From assembly GCA_043228905.1 (NCBI GenBank), contig JBHGNT010000010.1, positions 11,594,001 through 11,658,000 on the forward strand: a DNA stretch of 64,000 nt, read 5' to 3'. The DNA comes from Azolla caroliniana. Taxonomy: Eukaryota; Plantae; Polypodiophyta. Every line of letters starts with the position of its first letter. Position 1 is the stretch's first letter. The notes under the pieces are model-generated. The model was not told where the DNA came from, did no database searches, and saw nothing but the letters and a program-made list of their open reading frames with translations. Made by a program: the position numbers and the translations under genes. Shown piece after piece: positions 1 through 12,113 of the stretch.

Positions 1-245
1 GGTAAATTCTTGTATTCTTAATATTTAAAGCTTGTTCTTATCATACCATTTCAATTCTTCAATGATACATTGTCTCTGTCTCTTATCTATGCTCATCTCT
101 CTCTCGCACATTACTTCTAACTCTTGTTCTTCTTATCCTTAATAATCTTTCTAACATTGTTGCACAAGCCTTATAAAATATATAGCCAACTCCTTTTAAC
201 CTTAATCCATGCGACTTCGCCGCACGAACCACAACTACCCCGACA

Positions 246-1027
246 CCGCGATGGGAGGATGTTTATCGATCTTATCCACTCGGATGTGTGGGGACCGACA
301 TAAAACGTGAGCATCGGTGGGAGTCAATATTTCATCTCCTTCATCGACGATTTCATCCGACACACTTGGATCTATCTAATCAAGAAGAAAAGTGAAGTCT
401 TCTTATGTTTCTGGGATTTGAAGAACCTTGTCGAACGTGAGACCAGAAGAAAGATCAAGTGTTTGAGATCGGATGGCGAAAAAGAGTATTTTTCCGGCCA
501 ATTCACAAGCTATCTACAGACAAAGGGAATCTGACGGGAATTCTCTTGTAGATACACATCAGAGCATAACCGCGTGGCCGAGCATTGAAACACGATGTTG
601 GTAGAAGCGGCAAGGGTGATGCTTGAGGAAAAAGGCATGCCCAAGTTTTATTGGGCCGAAGTGATTCGGATAGCTATCTACATCCAGAATCAGATATCTG
701 CCTCAGGGACAAAGGTGTCGCCGCATGAACTGTATTTTGAGCGGAAGCCGAATTTGGCACACCTTTGGGTGTTCGGTAGCATTGCATATGTGCATGTACC
801 GAAGGAAAAACAGAGGAAGTTAGACGTGAAAGCCGAAAAGTGCATTCTCGTCGGCCACTCGGATGAATAGAAGGGTTATAAGTGTTATAACCCCCCCAAT
901 TGAAAGCGGTCTGAGTCAGCCAAGATGTCGTGTTTGATGAATCGGTATCTTGGTACTTCTCTCCACCCGAACCCGAGCCGATTGGTGTAGATGATTCGGT
1001 GGAATCCGAAATAGAGAGAAGTGTCGA
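246..1027 (+). pseudogene. Ty1/copia integrase fragment, related to the family at 3999-9678, internally deleted
   Basis: RDGRMFI joined directly to DLIHSDVWGP; YFISFIDD, KCLRSDG and GYKCYNP motifs; in-frame stops; no flanking LTR identified. Confidence 0.85.
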
Positions 1028-1050
1028 GAGAATTAACTCTTCAACATACA

Positions 1051-1692
1051 ATGGAAATGCAAAAGTTAGAGATCAAAGTTTTGCGTGAAGAACTACATGC
1101 AATGAAGAACATGACTATTCAAATGCAAGATAATCGGATGCCTAAAATAGAAAGAAAAATGTTGAGTCTTGAAGTAGAAAAAGATATTTTAGTGAAGGCA
1201 AATGCCGAAATAAAATCTACAATTGAGGGGAAGGAAGATGTGATCATGACAAGGTGGAAAGATGTTCTGTTGAAAGAAACACCAAAAATCACACAAAGGC
1301 ATTCTAATACCATGGATGTGTTAGATGCAAAGGACCAATATGAAATTGAAAGAGGAATGAATAATATTGTCATTACAAGTATGCAAGAGAATGAAACAAA
1401 TAATTCATTATCTCTCAGAGAGAATATTACGAAATTCTTTGAAGATCACTTTGTTATGTGAGATGTTATTGTATATGCCTCATAGGGTTGGCAAAAAACA
1501 ACTAGAGGGAAAGTCATCTCGAGCTATTGTTTGTACAATCCTTGATGAACATAAAAGGGCGCAATGATTCTAGATAGTAGTAAGGTGTACTTAAAAGGGA
1601 CAAGTTTTTTTGTAACAAAGGATAGAACTCCACAAAAGCAAGAACATAGAAGGCAAGCATATGCATCTAGGAAAGCAAATCAAAATGCATAG
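1051..1692 (+). pseudogene. LINE ORF1 remnant (coiled coil plus RRM-like domain)
   Basis: Heptad-rich N-terminus, then NNIVIT..E, HRVG, RAIV, LKG..F...D.TP pattern typical of RRM-type ORF1; stop and frameshifts present. Confidence 0.6.
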
Positions 1693-3998
1693 CAAGCAAC
1701 GACCTATGGGACTATAAGTGCTTCACGGTTGAAAGTAATGTTTTGGAATTGTAGAGGATATCCATGGAATAAGGGTTTAGGACTCAATGATGTAGCTCAA
1801 GGAATGCATATTATATTTTTGGTTGAAACATAGGAGCATGAGGCAAACCGTATACCTAAGATAGACGATTACCTCATAAAATCGATATGGCCTCACTCCA
1901 AAGGGAATATTGGGCATGCCGAGATAACATGTATCTACCATGAGAGCTTAGATAATTCTATCAAAGTATGCAAATATGATGACTATAAGAGATACATATG
2001 GATAAAGGTTAATTTGGGGAAAGAGAAGTTGAATATAGTTGCATGTTACATTCCTCACAAAGACTCAAACTACTATAGTAGGTTTGGGTTAGATCATGAC
2101 AATCCTTTTACAAAATTATGTCATGATATACTTTCATTTGAGAAGCTTGGTAAAGTTTTAATTATGGGAGACTTCAATGCAAGAGTTGGAAATTTCCAAA
2201 ATGTGGAGACATTTGAAGAAAATGTAGTAGAACATTGTCTATTGCGTGACTCCAAGGATTGTGTTATGTCAGATTATGGAAAACTTTTGATACATATGCG
2301 AAATTGCACAAACTTGATTATCCTAAATGGTATAAAGGCATTCCCATTGACAAATGTGCTCACATGTTTACCATCCTCGGGTGGAGGAAGTGTGGTTGAT
2401 TATGCATTAATGTTGGCATGTGATCTATCATTGGTGAATGTGTTTAAAGTTGGTTCTCTATCTTCGGACTCAGATCACAAGCCATTGTAATTGGAGGTTT
2501 CAATTCCACATTTCACCAATAGATGCCATGGAGTGAAAGACGAAAAGAGATGTATCATCCGACATTGCTATGAAAAAGCTAAGATGTATGCAAATGAAGT
2601 GGAGAACCTTTTGTTAAGTTTTTCTCTAAGCAACAATGTTAAAGAAAATTGGCAACATTTGAAGGATATCATCCTTAAGGTTGGATATCAATACTTTAAG
2701 AGGCATGTGGGTAGGCATAAGATGTGTAGTTTTCCATGTAATTCTTGGTTCGACGATGAATGTAAGATGTATCTCAAATGGTTTAAGTCCATAGAAAGGG
2801 AAAATGAAAAGATTGTTGCATGGCACCTATATAAGAAAGTAGTGAAGAGAAAGAAAAGAATATATTTCCAAATGCAAGAGATGAAATAGAAAAACTTGTT
2901 TTAGCTCAAACCAAAATTAGCATGGGGGCAATGCAAGGGTAAGAAAGAAGATGTGAAAGGTCACTTTACAAATGAAGAGATGTTAGAATATGTACAAAGG
3001 CTATATATGCATGAAGGTGTGGCTCCTATGGTTGAGAAAATTGAAACACCATGCACTACATGTATTGATATTGATGATGTCAATAAGGGAATAAAGAAGG
3101 TGGCGAGTGGGAAAGCAACAGATGCAACCTACGTCTCAAGTGAGCTTTTAAAATGGACAATGACACATACTCGTCATTGGATAATGACAATTATAGAGCA
3201 AGCTATAAAACAAGGATTTCCAAATGATTGGCTTATGAATTGGATTAAACCAATATTTAAAGCCGGAGATAAGAATCAAGTATCAAATTATCGTACAATA
3301 ATGGTGAGCTCAACTATTGCTAAATTATATAGCACTATTTTGGAGCAAAAGATAAGCAACATGGGCTGAAAAGCACAAGCAAAAGAGCACTTGGGCAAGC
3401 AGGATTTAGACCAAAAACACTCCACTGTGGATCATTTGGTCACATTGGGAGTAATCATGGAAGAGAGTTGACTATAAGGAAAAACACTTTATTGTTGTTT
3501 TGTTGATTTCAAGAAAACCTTTGATACCGTAGCATGAAGTGAGCTTTGGAATAGAATGGTAGAGATTGACATGCCATTAGAGTATCGAGTTGCTATTGCA
3601 TGCCTATATGAACAAGTTAAATGCCAACTAAAAATGGATAGTGGATTCTCAAAGCACTTTTTAAGTAACATGGGGGTCAAGCAAGGATGTCCACTATCAC
3701 CCACACTCTTTGGCTTATGTATTGATAAATTAGAAGAGGAGGTGAATAAGGTTGCAAGAGAAGAAGGATTGAATGCCCCCAAATTGATGCAACATGTTAT
3801 CTTATTGTTTCTATATGTAGATGATGTGGTACTCTTCTCCTATGATGTTGATAGTATGCAACATTTACTTGGGGTATTCGAAGAATCTTGCCATAGTAGT
3901 GGACTAGTAGTGAATGTGGAGAAAACAAAAATGATGGTAGTGCAAACGATCCAACCTCATGATTACCCTCTATGCTCACATATAGACGGGAACATATA

Positions 3999-4385
3999 TG
4001 TTGAGAGACAAGCTCAACATCGGCCGGATCGACTGAAGAAGCCGAGGACCGGATCGGTTGGGACCGATCGGTTAGGCCGCGTACATAAACCGGGAGGTCG
4101 TTAGGAAAGATATTCTGTGAGGAATATATTTGGGAGTTAGTGTAGGGGCTCTTGATGAGCATTGAAGTACTGTCAGTACTTCGGTCAGTCCTTCTAGGGC
4201 TTTTATAAAAGTGTTCACTGAGCACGTCTTATGTAAAGAGATTGAGTATTATTGTTGAATATAGTTTTTTGTGTTTCTCTCTCTGTCTCTCCCGCGTATA
4301 CCGTGTAAGCCTAAGCTCTCCATTGAACCTAAGTTTCCTTCCTCTGTTCTGTCTTCATACTTGCTTCCGCACGCTACTTTCTACA
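3999..4385 (+). repeat. 5' LTR of copia A
   Basis: TGTTGAG...CTACA; TATAAAA at 4204-4210; direct repeat of 9292-9678. Confidence 0.95.
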
Positions 4386-4397
4386 TGGTATCAGAGC
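4386..4397 (+). other. Primer-binding site (initiator tRNA-Met)
   Basis: TGGTATCAGAGC directly after the LTR end. Confidence 0.95.
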
Positions 4398-4457
4398 GCG
4401 AGGGTTGAGAACCTCTCTGCAGTCGACACAACTTGACGAAGAAGAACAAGAAGAACG

Positions 4458-7400
4458 ATGGATAGAGGCATGGCGAGCTCGCTTCCAACAGAGAAGCTCG
4501 ACAGAACCAACTACGCGTCTTGGTCCTACAAGATGCACCAGTACTTGCTCGGGCATGGCTACTGGAGTTATGTCGAAGGAGCTAATGATGCGGCACTCGA
4601 ATCGACACACAGAGACTTCCCGTCGTGGGAGCAATCGGCGAGCAGGGTACTATACTGCTTCGCGTCATGTGGGCGAACAGCTATTGAGCTATGTTCGGGA
4701 TGCAAAGACGCCGAAGGGTGCGTTGGAAAATTTGAAGAAGATTTTCGCCGCGAGCACCACAGCTAGGAAGCTTCAGCTCCGACAGGAGTTGAGCAACCTA
4801 CGACAACGCGACTTGTCGGTGGCAGACTATACCTCAAAGATCAAGGATATCTGCGACTCCCTCGCCTCCATAGAGGTGAACATCGAGGAGAGCGAGATGG
4901 TCCAGATCTGTCTCGGAGGTTTGGCGTCGAAGTTCGGAGCGTTCCGAACGGCTGTGTGTACCCGGGAGAATACGTCGTCCTTTTTCGACTTACAGCCGAT
5001 GCTCCTGGTAGAGGAGAACCACGCGGGTGCGTCGACGAGCACGCACACCGACAGCAAGATGTTGTACACGGAGGGAGAAAGGCCCCGTGGTCGTGGCGGA
5101 CGAGGCGAGTCGGCGCGCAATGGAGGCGGCCGACGTGATCAAGAAAGAAGGCACCAAAGTGATGCCGACAGCAACTCCGGACCCTCCAGAAACAGGGGGA
5201 GTCGAAGCAATGAGAACCGGCAAGGGAAGGCCATCGCGGAGTGTTGGTACTGTGGCAAGAAAGGCCACAGGGAAAGTGAGTGCTGGAAGAAGCGCGCCGA
5301 TTCGGAGAGAACTGGTTCCGGGAACGGCTCCAGACATACCGACAAGGGAAATCGGCAGCGATTGCACTACGCTGAAGACTCCGGGAGAGCAGGAGAAGGG
5401 TCTGTCTTCGTGACGAGACACGAAGCAAACTCAATGAAACAGAGCACCCCGAGATCGGTCGAGGTGTGGTACATAGACTCCGGCGTGTCAAACCACATGA
5501 CGAGCCATAAGGAGTGGTTCTTGTACCTTGAAAACCCAATACAACCTGGAGTAGTCACAACAGGAGACGACATTCCGCATCCGATCGCGAATGTCGAAGA
5601 AGTTCCCCTTAGCCATGTCGGGCAGAAAGGGAAACTCAAGAACGTGATGCACGTTCCGACAATCACAAAGAACTTGGTCTCGGTAGGACAGATCGTCGAC
5701 CAAGGGATGGAGGTTCGGTTTACACACCTCGGGTGCTTCATTGAGGAAGAAGGCCATGTGATTGCGTAAGGGCACAGAGACGGGAGGATGTTCATCCTCG
5801 ACTCCACTGACGGCGGCACCGCAATGTTCGCGAAGGGACAAAAGACCGAGTCGGACATCGACTTGTGGCACAAGCGGATAGGCCACGTCAACCACCAGCG
5901 GCTTCAAGATCTGCAATCGAAACAGGTAGTGTTCGGATTGCCCAAGTTTAGTGGCCGAAAGACACAAATTTGTGAAGCCTACCAGCTCGGGAAGCAACAC
6001 CGACTTCCTTTCCCTAACGAGCGAAACCGGAGCCGGAACAAGCTCGACCTTATACACTCAGATGTGTGGGGGCCGGCACAAAACGTTAGTCTTGGCGGGA
6101 GCCGATATTTCGTCTCCTTCATCGACGACCACACGCGGCACACGTGGATCTACCTCATTGAGAGGAAGAGCGAAGTCTTCGACTGTTTCCGGGACCTCAA
6201 AGGGTTCATGGAAGCCGAAACGGGACGAAAGATCAAGTGTCTGCGGTCGGATGGCGGGAAAGAGTACTTTTTCGGTCAATTCAACGGTTACCTACAACAA
6301 ATGGGAATTCGCCGCGAATTCAGTTGTAGATACACGCCGGAGCAGAACGGCGTGGCCGAGAGAAAGAATCGGTCGATTGTGGAAGCGGCACGGGCAATGC
6401 TGGAGGAGAAGAGCTTGCCCAAGTTCTACTGGGCCGAGGTGGTAAGGACCGCGGTATACATCCAGAACCGGATTGGAGACAAAGTGTTGGCGCACGAGCT
6501 ATATTTCGGAACGAAGCCGAACTTGCGACACTTGAGGGTGTTCGGTAGCATTGCGTATGTGCATGTACCGAAGGAGAAAAGGAGGAAGCTGGACGCAAAG
6601 GCCGAGAAATGCATCTTGGTCAGTTACTCGGACGAGCAGAAGGGTTATAAGTGTTATAACCCTCGCACCAAACAAGCGCGTGTCAGCCGCGACGTTGTGT
6701 TTGACGAGTCTGCGTCTTGGTACCTGCCCCCGACTACGAACCTCAACTCCAATCCGAGCTCTGACGATGAGGTCAGTAAGGCCGAGATGCCTCTGAATGA
6801 GCCCGAAATCGAGACCCGCGAAGAGAGTCCGATTTCACTCCGGTTAAGTGGACCGATTGGACGACTGAGTCGGTACGACCAGTCCAATGAAGAGCCGGCA
6901 AGTAGTGGAGACTCGGCCGTGCATTCCCCGCGCAGGAAGCCGAGGAGACGGCTTACGCGCAAAGAGAAAGGGAAGAAGAAGGTGTCGGATTCCGGCACGG
7001 AAAGGAACGAGTCAGACCGACGCGAGTCCGACTCCGAGGGAACCAGTGATGGGTCTTTAAAGGTGAAGACCGCGTCGACCGAGAAGGCCTCGACATCGGC
7101 TAATGTGAGATTACGCCGATCTACCCGCCAGAAGAACCCAGTTGTGCGGTTCGGATACAACGAGTACATGGCGCATCATTATGCGTACATGACCCGTGTA
7201 GCGGAAGTGTGTGAGCCGAAGAGCTACGCAGAAGCGGCGAAGGACGCGAATTGGCGCGCCGCGATGGAGGAAGAGATGCACGCATTGGCGGAGAACGAGA
7301 CTTGGGACCTGGTTGACGCACCGAAGGGTGTGAAGCCAATCGGGTGTAGATGGGTGTACAAAGTCAAGTACAACACCGATGGCTCGGTCAACCGGTACAA

Positions 7401-9297
7401 GGCTCGGCTAGTGGCAAAGGGCTACGCGCAGAAACACGACATCGACTACGATGAGACGTTTGCGCCGGTCACAAAAATGACGATCGTTCGTGTTTTGCTC
7501 GCAGTAGCCGCGGCCAAGGGGTGGCACTTACATCAGATGGATGTAAAGAATGCGTTCCTGCAAGGTGACCTTGAGGAACAGGTGTACATGGTACAACCCC
7601 CCGGATTTCACTCTGGAACGAACTCCTCGGCAGTATGCCGACTAAAGAAGTCCCTTTACGGACTGAAGCAAGCCCCGCGTGCCTGGAACGCGAAGATCAC
7701 GCAACAACTGCGTCGGATGGGCTTCGTCACGTCAAAATTGGACTCTTCCCTGTTCATCCGGAAAGGTCGACTCAGACCGGTTAGTATTTTACTGTATGTT
7801 GATGACTTGGTCATCACCGGCGCCGACCTCGGTGAAATCGACCGCGTGAAGCTCCAGCTTGCGGCATCGTTCGACATGAAGGATCTGGGAGACCTTCATT
7901 ACTTCCTCGGGATCGAAGTGATCCGTACCCCCGAAGGCATATTGATCAACCAACGTCATTACGTGCTGAGTATGCTCTTCAAACTCGGGATGGCTGACTG
8001 TAAGTCCATCTCGACTCCTCTAGACAGAACCGTCAAGCTTCGTCCCGATACGGGAAAGGTATGTGACCCGACAAGGTTCCGACAAATTGTCGGAAGCCTT
8101 ATATACTTGACCATCACTCGACCCGACCTCAGTTATCCGGTCAGGGTGATCAGTCAGTTCATGGCGCGACCTAACGAGGAGCACCTTCAGTGTGCGGAAC
8201 GCATACTTCGGTATGTCAACGGCACTAAGGACCGAGGACTGCTATATCGGACCGGTGCAACCGCGCAGTTAGTCGGCTACACCGATGCTGATTGGGCTGG
8301 CAACGCCGCCGATCACCGATCCACGTTTGGATACGTGTTCTCCCTCGGGAGTGCCGCGATCGCGTGGAGCAGTAAGAAGCAGCCGACAGTTGCATTGTCG
8401 AGCACCGAAGCTGAGTACCGAGGAGCGGCTGTCGCGACATGCGAAGCCATATGGTTGAAGCGGCTACTTAAGGACCTGCAAGAGGAGGTGTCCGATCCAA
8501 CAACGATCTACTACGACAACCTCAGCAACATCCAACTCACGAAGAACCCCGTCTTTCACGCACGGACCAAGCACATTGAGATGCATTACCATTTCATCCG
8601 TGAGCGTGTCCTTTCCGGTGAAGTCGAACTTCAGTACGTTCCGACGAATCGGCAGACTGCCGACATCTTCACAAAGCCTCTTGGTCTGGACAAGTTGCGG
8701 CAATTCTCAAGTGCGCTCGGGTTGCGTCACCTCGACGTGTCGAACTTGAGGGGGAGAATAGTCCCAACAGTCCCGAACGACCAAGCAAGACAGCAGGAAA
8801 GGAGCGGTGACCATGACACCGATTCGGTTGACTCGTTTGTTGACTTGGTTGAAGACGGATCGGCTGAAGAAGCCGAGGGTGGACCCGCGGGAAAGTTCGG
8901 AAGAGGACAGAAGGGGAGCAACCGAAGGAGAGAGCCGAAGCCAACCACGCATGGGGAAGATGACGCCATCGAGGGCGAGAAGACCGAAGACGAGTTGGAG
9001 ACAGCTAACTCGGACGAGAGCGAAAACCGATCGGAGGTAGCTGAGTCGGTTCGGATGTTTGATTCAGACACGCTGAATCAACTGAGGCCCAAGCGGAAGA
9101 AAATGCAGCAGAAGAAGCGTCAACACCGCAACAACAGAAGAGTTGATGAGGGCCACATGAGCAGACAAGCCGACCGGAAGGGTCGAAGCGCACGGAGTCG
9201 AACAGGTCGAGGAGCGCGAGCGAGGCGAGAAGCCAGGAGGAACCGGTGCTGTGAAGATCCCGAAGAGCCTCAAGTTGAGCTTGAGGGGGAGTGTTGA
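4458..9297 (+). pseudogene. gag-pol polyprotein of copia A, nearly intact, with C-terminal extension
   Basis: CCHC knuckle, DSG protease, GAG-pre-integrase, DDE integrase, YVDD RT, RNase H (ADIFTK). Two lesions: 2-bp deletion near 4668 (versus the copy at 46025) and TAA at 5767-5769. ORF 5788-9297 ends inside the 3' LTR. Confidence 0.93.
9283..9291 (+). other. Polypurine tract of copia A
   Basis: GAGGGGGAG abutting the 3' LTR TG. Confidence 0.9.
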
Positions 9298-9678
9298 GAG
9301 ACAAGCTCAACATCGGCCTGATTGACTGAAGAAGCCGAGGACCGGATCGGTTGGGACCGATCGGTTAGGCCGAGTACATAAACCGGGAGGTCGTTAGGAA
9401 AGATATTCCGTGAGGAATATATTTGGGAGTTAGTGTAGGGGCTCTTGATGAGCATTGAAGTACTGTCAGTACTTCGGTTAGTCCTTCTAGGGCTTGTATA
9501 AAAGTGTTCACTGAGCACGTCTTATGTAAAGAGATTGAGTATTATTGTTGAATATAGTTTTTTGTGTTTCTCTCTCTGTCTCTCCCGCGTATACCGTGTA
9601 AGCCAAAGCTCTCCATTGAACCTGAGTTTCCTTCCTCTGTTCTGTCTTCATACTTGCTTCCGCACGCTACTTTCTACA
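9292..9678 (+). repeat. 3' LTR of copia A
   Basis: Repeat of 3999-4385 followed by TSD ATATA. Confidence 0.95.
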
Positions 9679-11111
9679 ATATACAATTTGTTGAAGCTTT
9701 AAATATCTTGGTATTGATGTACCCGCCACAAATAAATGGAGTGTATGCTTTGATTCTAGGCTCCAAGCCGGTTGGAAATCGTATTACCTTTTGGAGAACC
9801 AATGCAACCAAAGTGATACTTGTGGATGGGAAGTAAAACTAATGTTGTTCAATGCCCTAGTAACTCAAGCATTGCTTTATGGAGTAGAAGTATAGGGTGG
9901 CACCATCTCTTGTAATGCATGGAATGAGATTGAGAAAATTCAAAAGATGTTTTTAAGGAGGCAAGTAGGAGTTAAATGCACTACCTCTTACCAGGTTATG
10001 TCTTGGAAACAGGTGTTCGACCCATAGAACTATTGGCCCTCCAAAGAGTATATAAATACATTACAAAAGTCAAGAATATGCCGAATCATGGATTACCACA
10101 TCTTGCTTGGAATGTTGGATGTAAGCTACAAAAGAATCATAAAAGCAAGATTCTCTCATCCGGTTCGGTTGTTGACATAAGGAAATGGTTTAGAAGATGG
10201 GGTGTGGATGATCTTTTAGAGCTTTCGGGCAATGCTATGCAATGTGTAATGATTGAGGAAAGGTTGGTGGAATCATTAAGGATGAAGTGGGAAGATGCTA
10301 AGATGACAAAGCTAGAATACTACATTGCAAATGTCAACCCTGAATGTTGGTCTCAATATAAAGCAAGAATGCCTATTGATCGTATCCAACCTTATCTCAT
10401 TACCAATATGAGTAGCAATGCTCGTAGAGCCCTTACACTACTTCACACTCGATCTCACAAGTTAGGTATTGAAGTTGCATAATGGTATCAAAATGTGACA
10501 AACTTGATGACATGCAAAGTATGCAATGAAGGCATGGTAGAGGATGAATGCCACTTGCTCTTCACATGCTTGACATATAGTGCAGTTTGTTCAAGATATG
10601 CTGACATACTAAGAGGGAGTGATAACTTGAGTGCCATACTTAAGACACCACCGAGAAGGTTGAGCTCATATATGTATGCTTTATTCGCACATAGAGACTT
10701 CGTGCTTCAATGTATGAATACCCCTTCTTAGGAAGGAGACACATATGAAGAACACATGTATACTCTGGTCCCATAGGTCAAAACTGGCCTCTTTATGGAC
10801 GATAAAAAGTCTAAGTCTAATTCTAATTCTAATCTATCCTCCATTTCCCTGTCTTATTATGCTTACATTAGAAATAATCTCTAATATCTAGTATATGTAG
10901 TCAATTGCGTATTATGTATTGACGTATTGATACAAATCCGATTCCAAGGAAGGATTCGAGGAGAATGCGGAGATGGATGAATGACACCAAAGCAAATGGG
11001 AAGGAAAGAGGAGGAAGTGGTGTGGGTGTCCATCCAAAAAGCATAATGAGGAGGTTGAAGAAGAAGTGTCCGGGACGAGTGTGAAACCGGCACCCCTCCT
11101 CCTTCTTCTTG

Positions 11112-11113
<2 letters not shown>

Positions 11114-11142
<29 letters not shown>

Positions 11143-11290
11143 CATACATAGCATAACATAGCATAGCATAACATATGTACATATACATATACATACATAC
11201 ATAGAGCCTCCTCTCCTCTCCTCTCCTCTCCCCTCCCCTACCCTTCCCCTCTCTGCTCTGCTCCCCCTCCCTCCCCCCCTCCCTCCCTCT
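11114..11290. repeat. (TACA)n and CT-rich microsatellites upstream of the KH gene
   Basis: Directly visible tandem repeats and pyrimidine tract. Confidence 0.85.
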
Positions 11291-12113
11291 CAACGCTATA
11301 ACTTTTGTGCTGTTTTCTTTCTTACCGCCCTCCCTCACTACACACAACACACATTACTCTGCACGACACAACCAGCACTTTGCTTCTCTTCTCTTTGATT
11401 AAACCTCCCTATACCTTTCTTTCCTTCTTTCTTTCCTCACACAGCATACAGCATACAGCATACAACATACAGCATACAGAACACTCGTCTTTTAAAGACC
11501 CAGGAAAAGAGAAAAGAGATACCATACCAGGTGGGGATATTGCCCCTTTTCCCTTTACAAAACTCTGTATTTTGTGTGTGTCTGTGTATACATACATATA
11601 TACATGTATGTATGTATGTATGTATGTATGTTTATGTTTATGAATATGCAAGAGGGCATGCCTAATAAATCATAAAGTGTTTTCTTATTCTTGGCGTGGG
11701 TTGTTTACCCTAATTTGCGTGACTTTGATGAAGCTTATTACTAATTTGGGTAGTGAATTTGCGGTTACTTTGGGATGCAACGCATAGTGCACACTTGTTG
11801 CTAGGACACAAGATTGTCGTTCAATGGAAAGGTATAGGTAGAGAAAACTCGTGATACTCATTTGCACGGTGCAGTTGCTGGCAATGTTTGAATAGGTAGA
11901 GAACATGATGTTGATGTTAAAATTATGCACGTTGGAAAATCATTTCAAAGTTGACATGATGCCAAATAATGCATAACATAGATGGAATATCCTACATGAT
12001 ATTGATGTCAATTAATGCACTGATCATCTGAAGCTATAATCTTGTCACTTGACACAATCATCTCTCCTATGTTAAAGATATGACCTCAATTTACCTCGTC
12101 GTTTAATATGTAG

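Larger units (their letters stand above)
3999..9678 (+). mobile_element. Full-length Ty1/copia LTR retrotransposon (subfamily A)
   Basis: 387-bp TG..CA LTRs at 3999-4385 and 9292-9678 (about 8 mismatches by eye); TSD ATATA at 3994-3998 and 9679-9683; PBS and PPT present; gag-PR-IN-RT-RH order. Confidence 0.97.
1030..10836 (+). mobile_element. Decayed non-LTR retrotransposon (RTEX-like LINE) interrupted by a copia at 3999-9678
   Basis: ORF1-like region 1051-~1690; APE endonuclease from ~1732 (KVMFWNCRG, GDFNAR, SDHKP); RT (QAGFR, GVKQGCPLSP, YVDD); FKYLG resumes after 9683; C-terminal RSHKLGIE..CxxC..EDECH..C; 3' tail of AAGTCT/AATTCT hexamers at 10807-10836. Confidence 0.85.

Noticed and set aside
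1-245. Possible LTR end (..CCCGACA) inserted in the copia fragment
   Set aside because: No partner LTR, PBS or TSD within the window
4660-5769. Programmed frameshift or stop readthrough in copia A
   Set aside because: B1 has a continuous frame at both sites (extra TG; CAA instead of TAA), so these are mutations
8757-9291. env-like gene after pol
   Set aside because: No separate ORF, signal peptide or transmembrane segment; the tail is hydrophilic and fused in frame
4374-9518. Many overlapping antisense and alternate-frame ORFs in the GC-rich copia copies (also at 45-62 kb)
   Set aside because: Shadows of GC-rich gag-pol; starts and stops are not conserved between copies and no motifs are recognisable
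10901-11651. ORFs rich in YVCM/HTYI repeats (also 16587-16805 and 18257-18776)
   Set aside because: Translations of microsatellites in promoter, UTR or intron DNA
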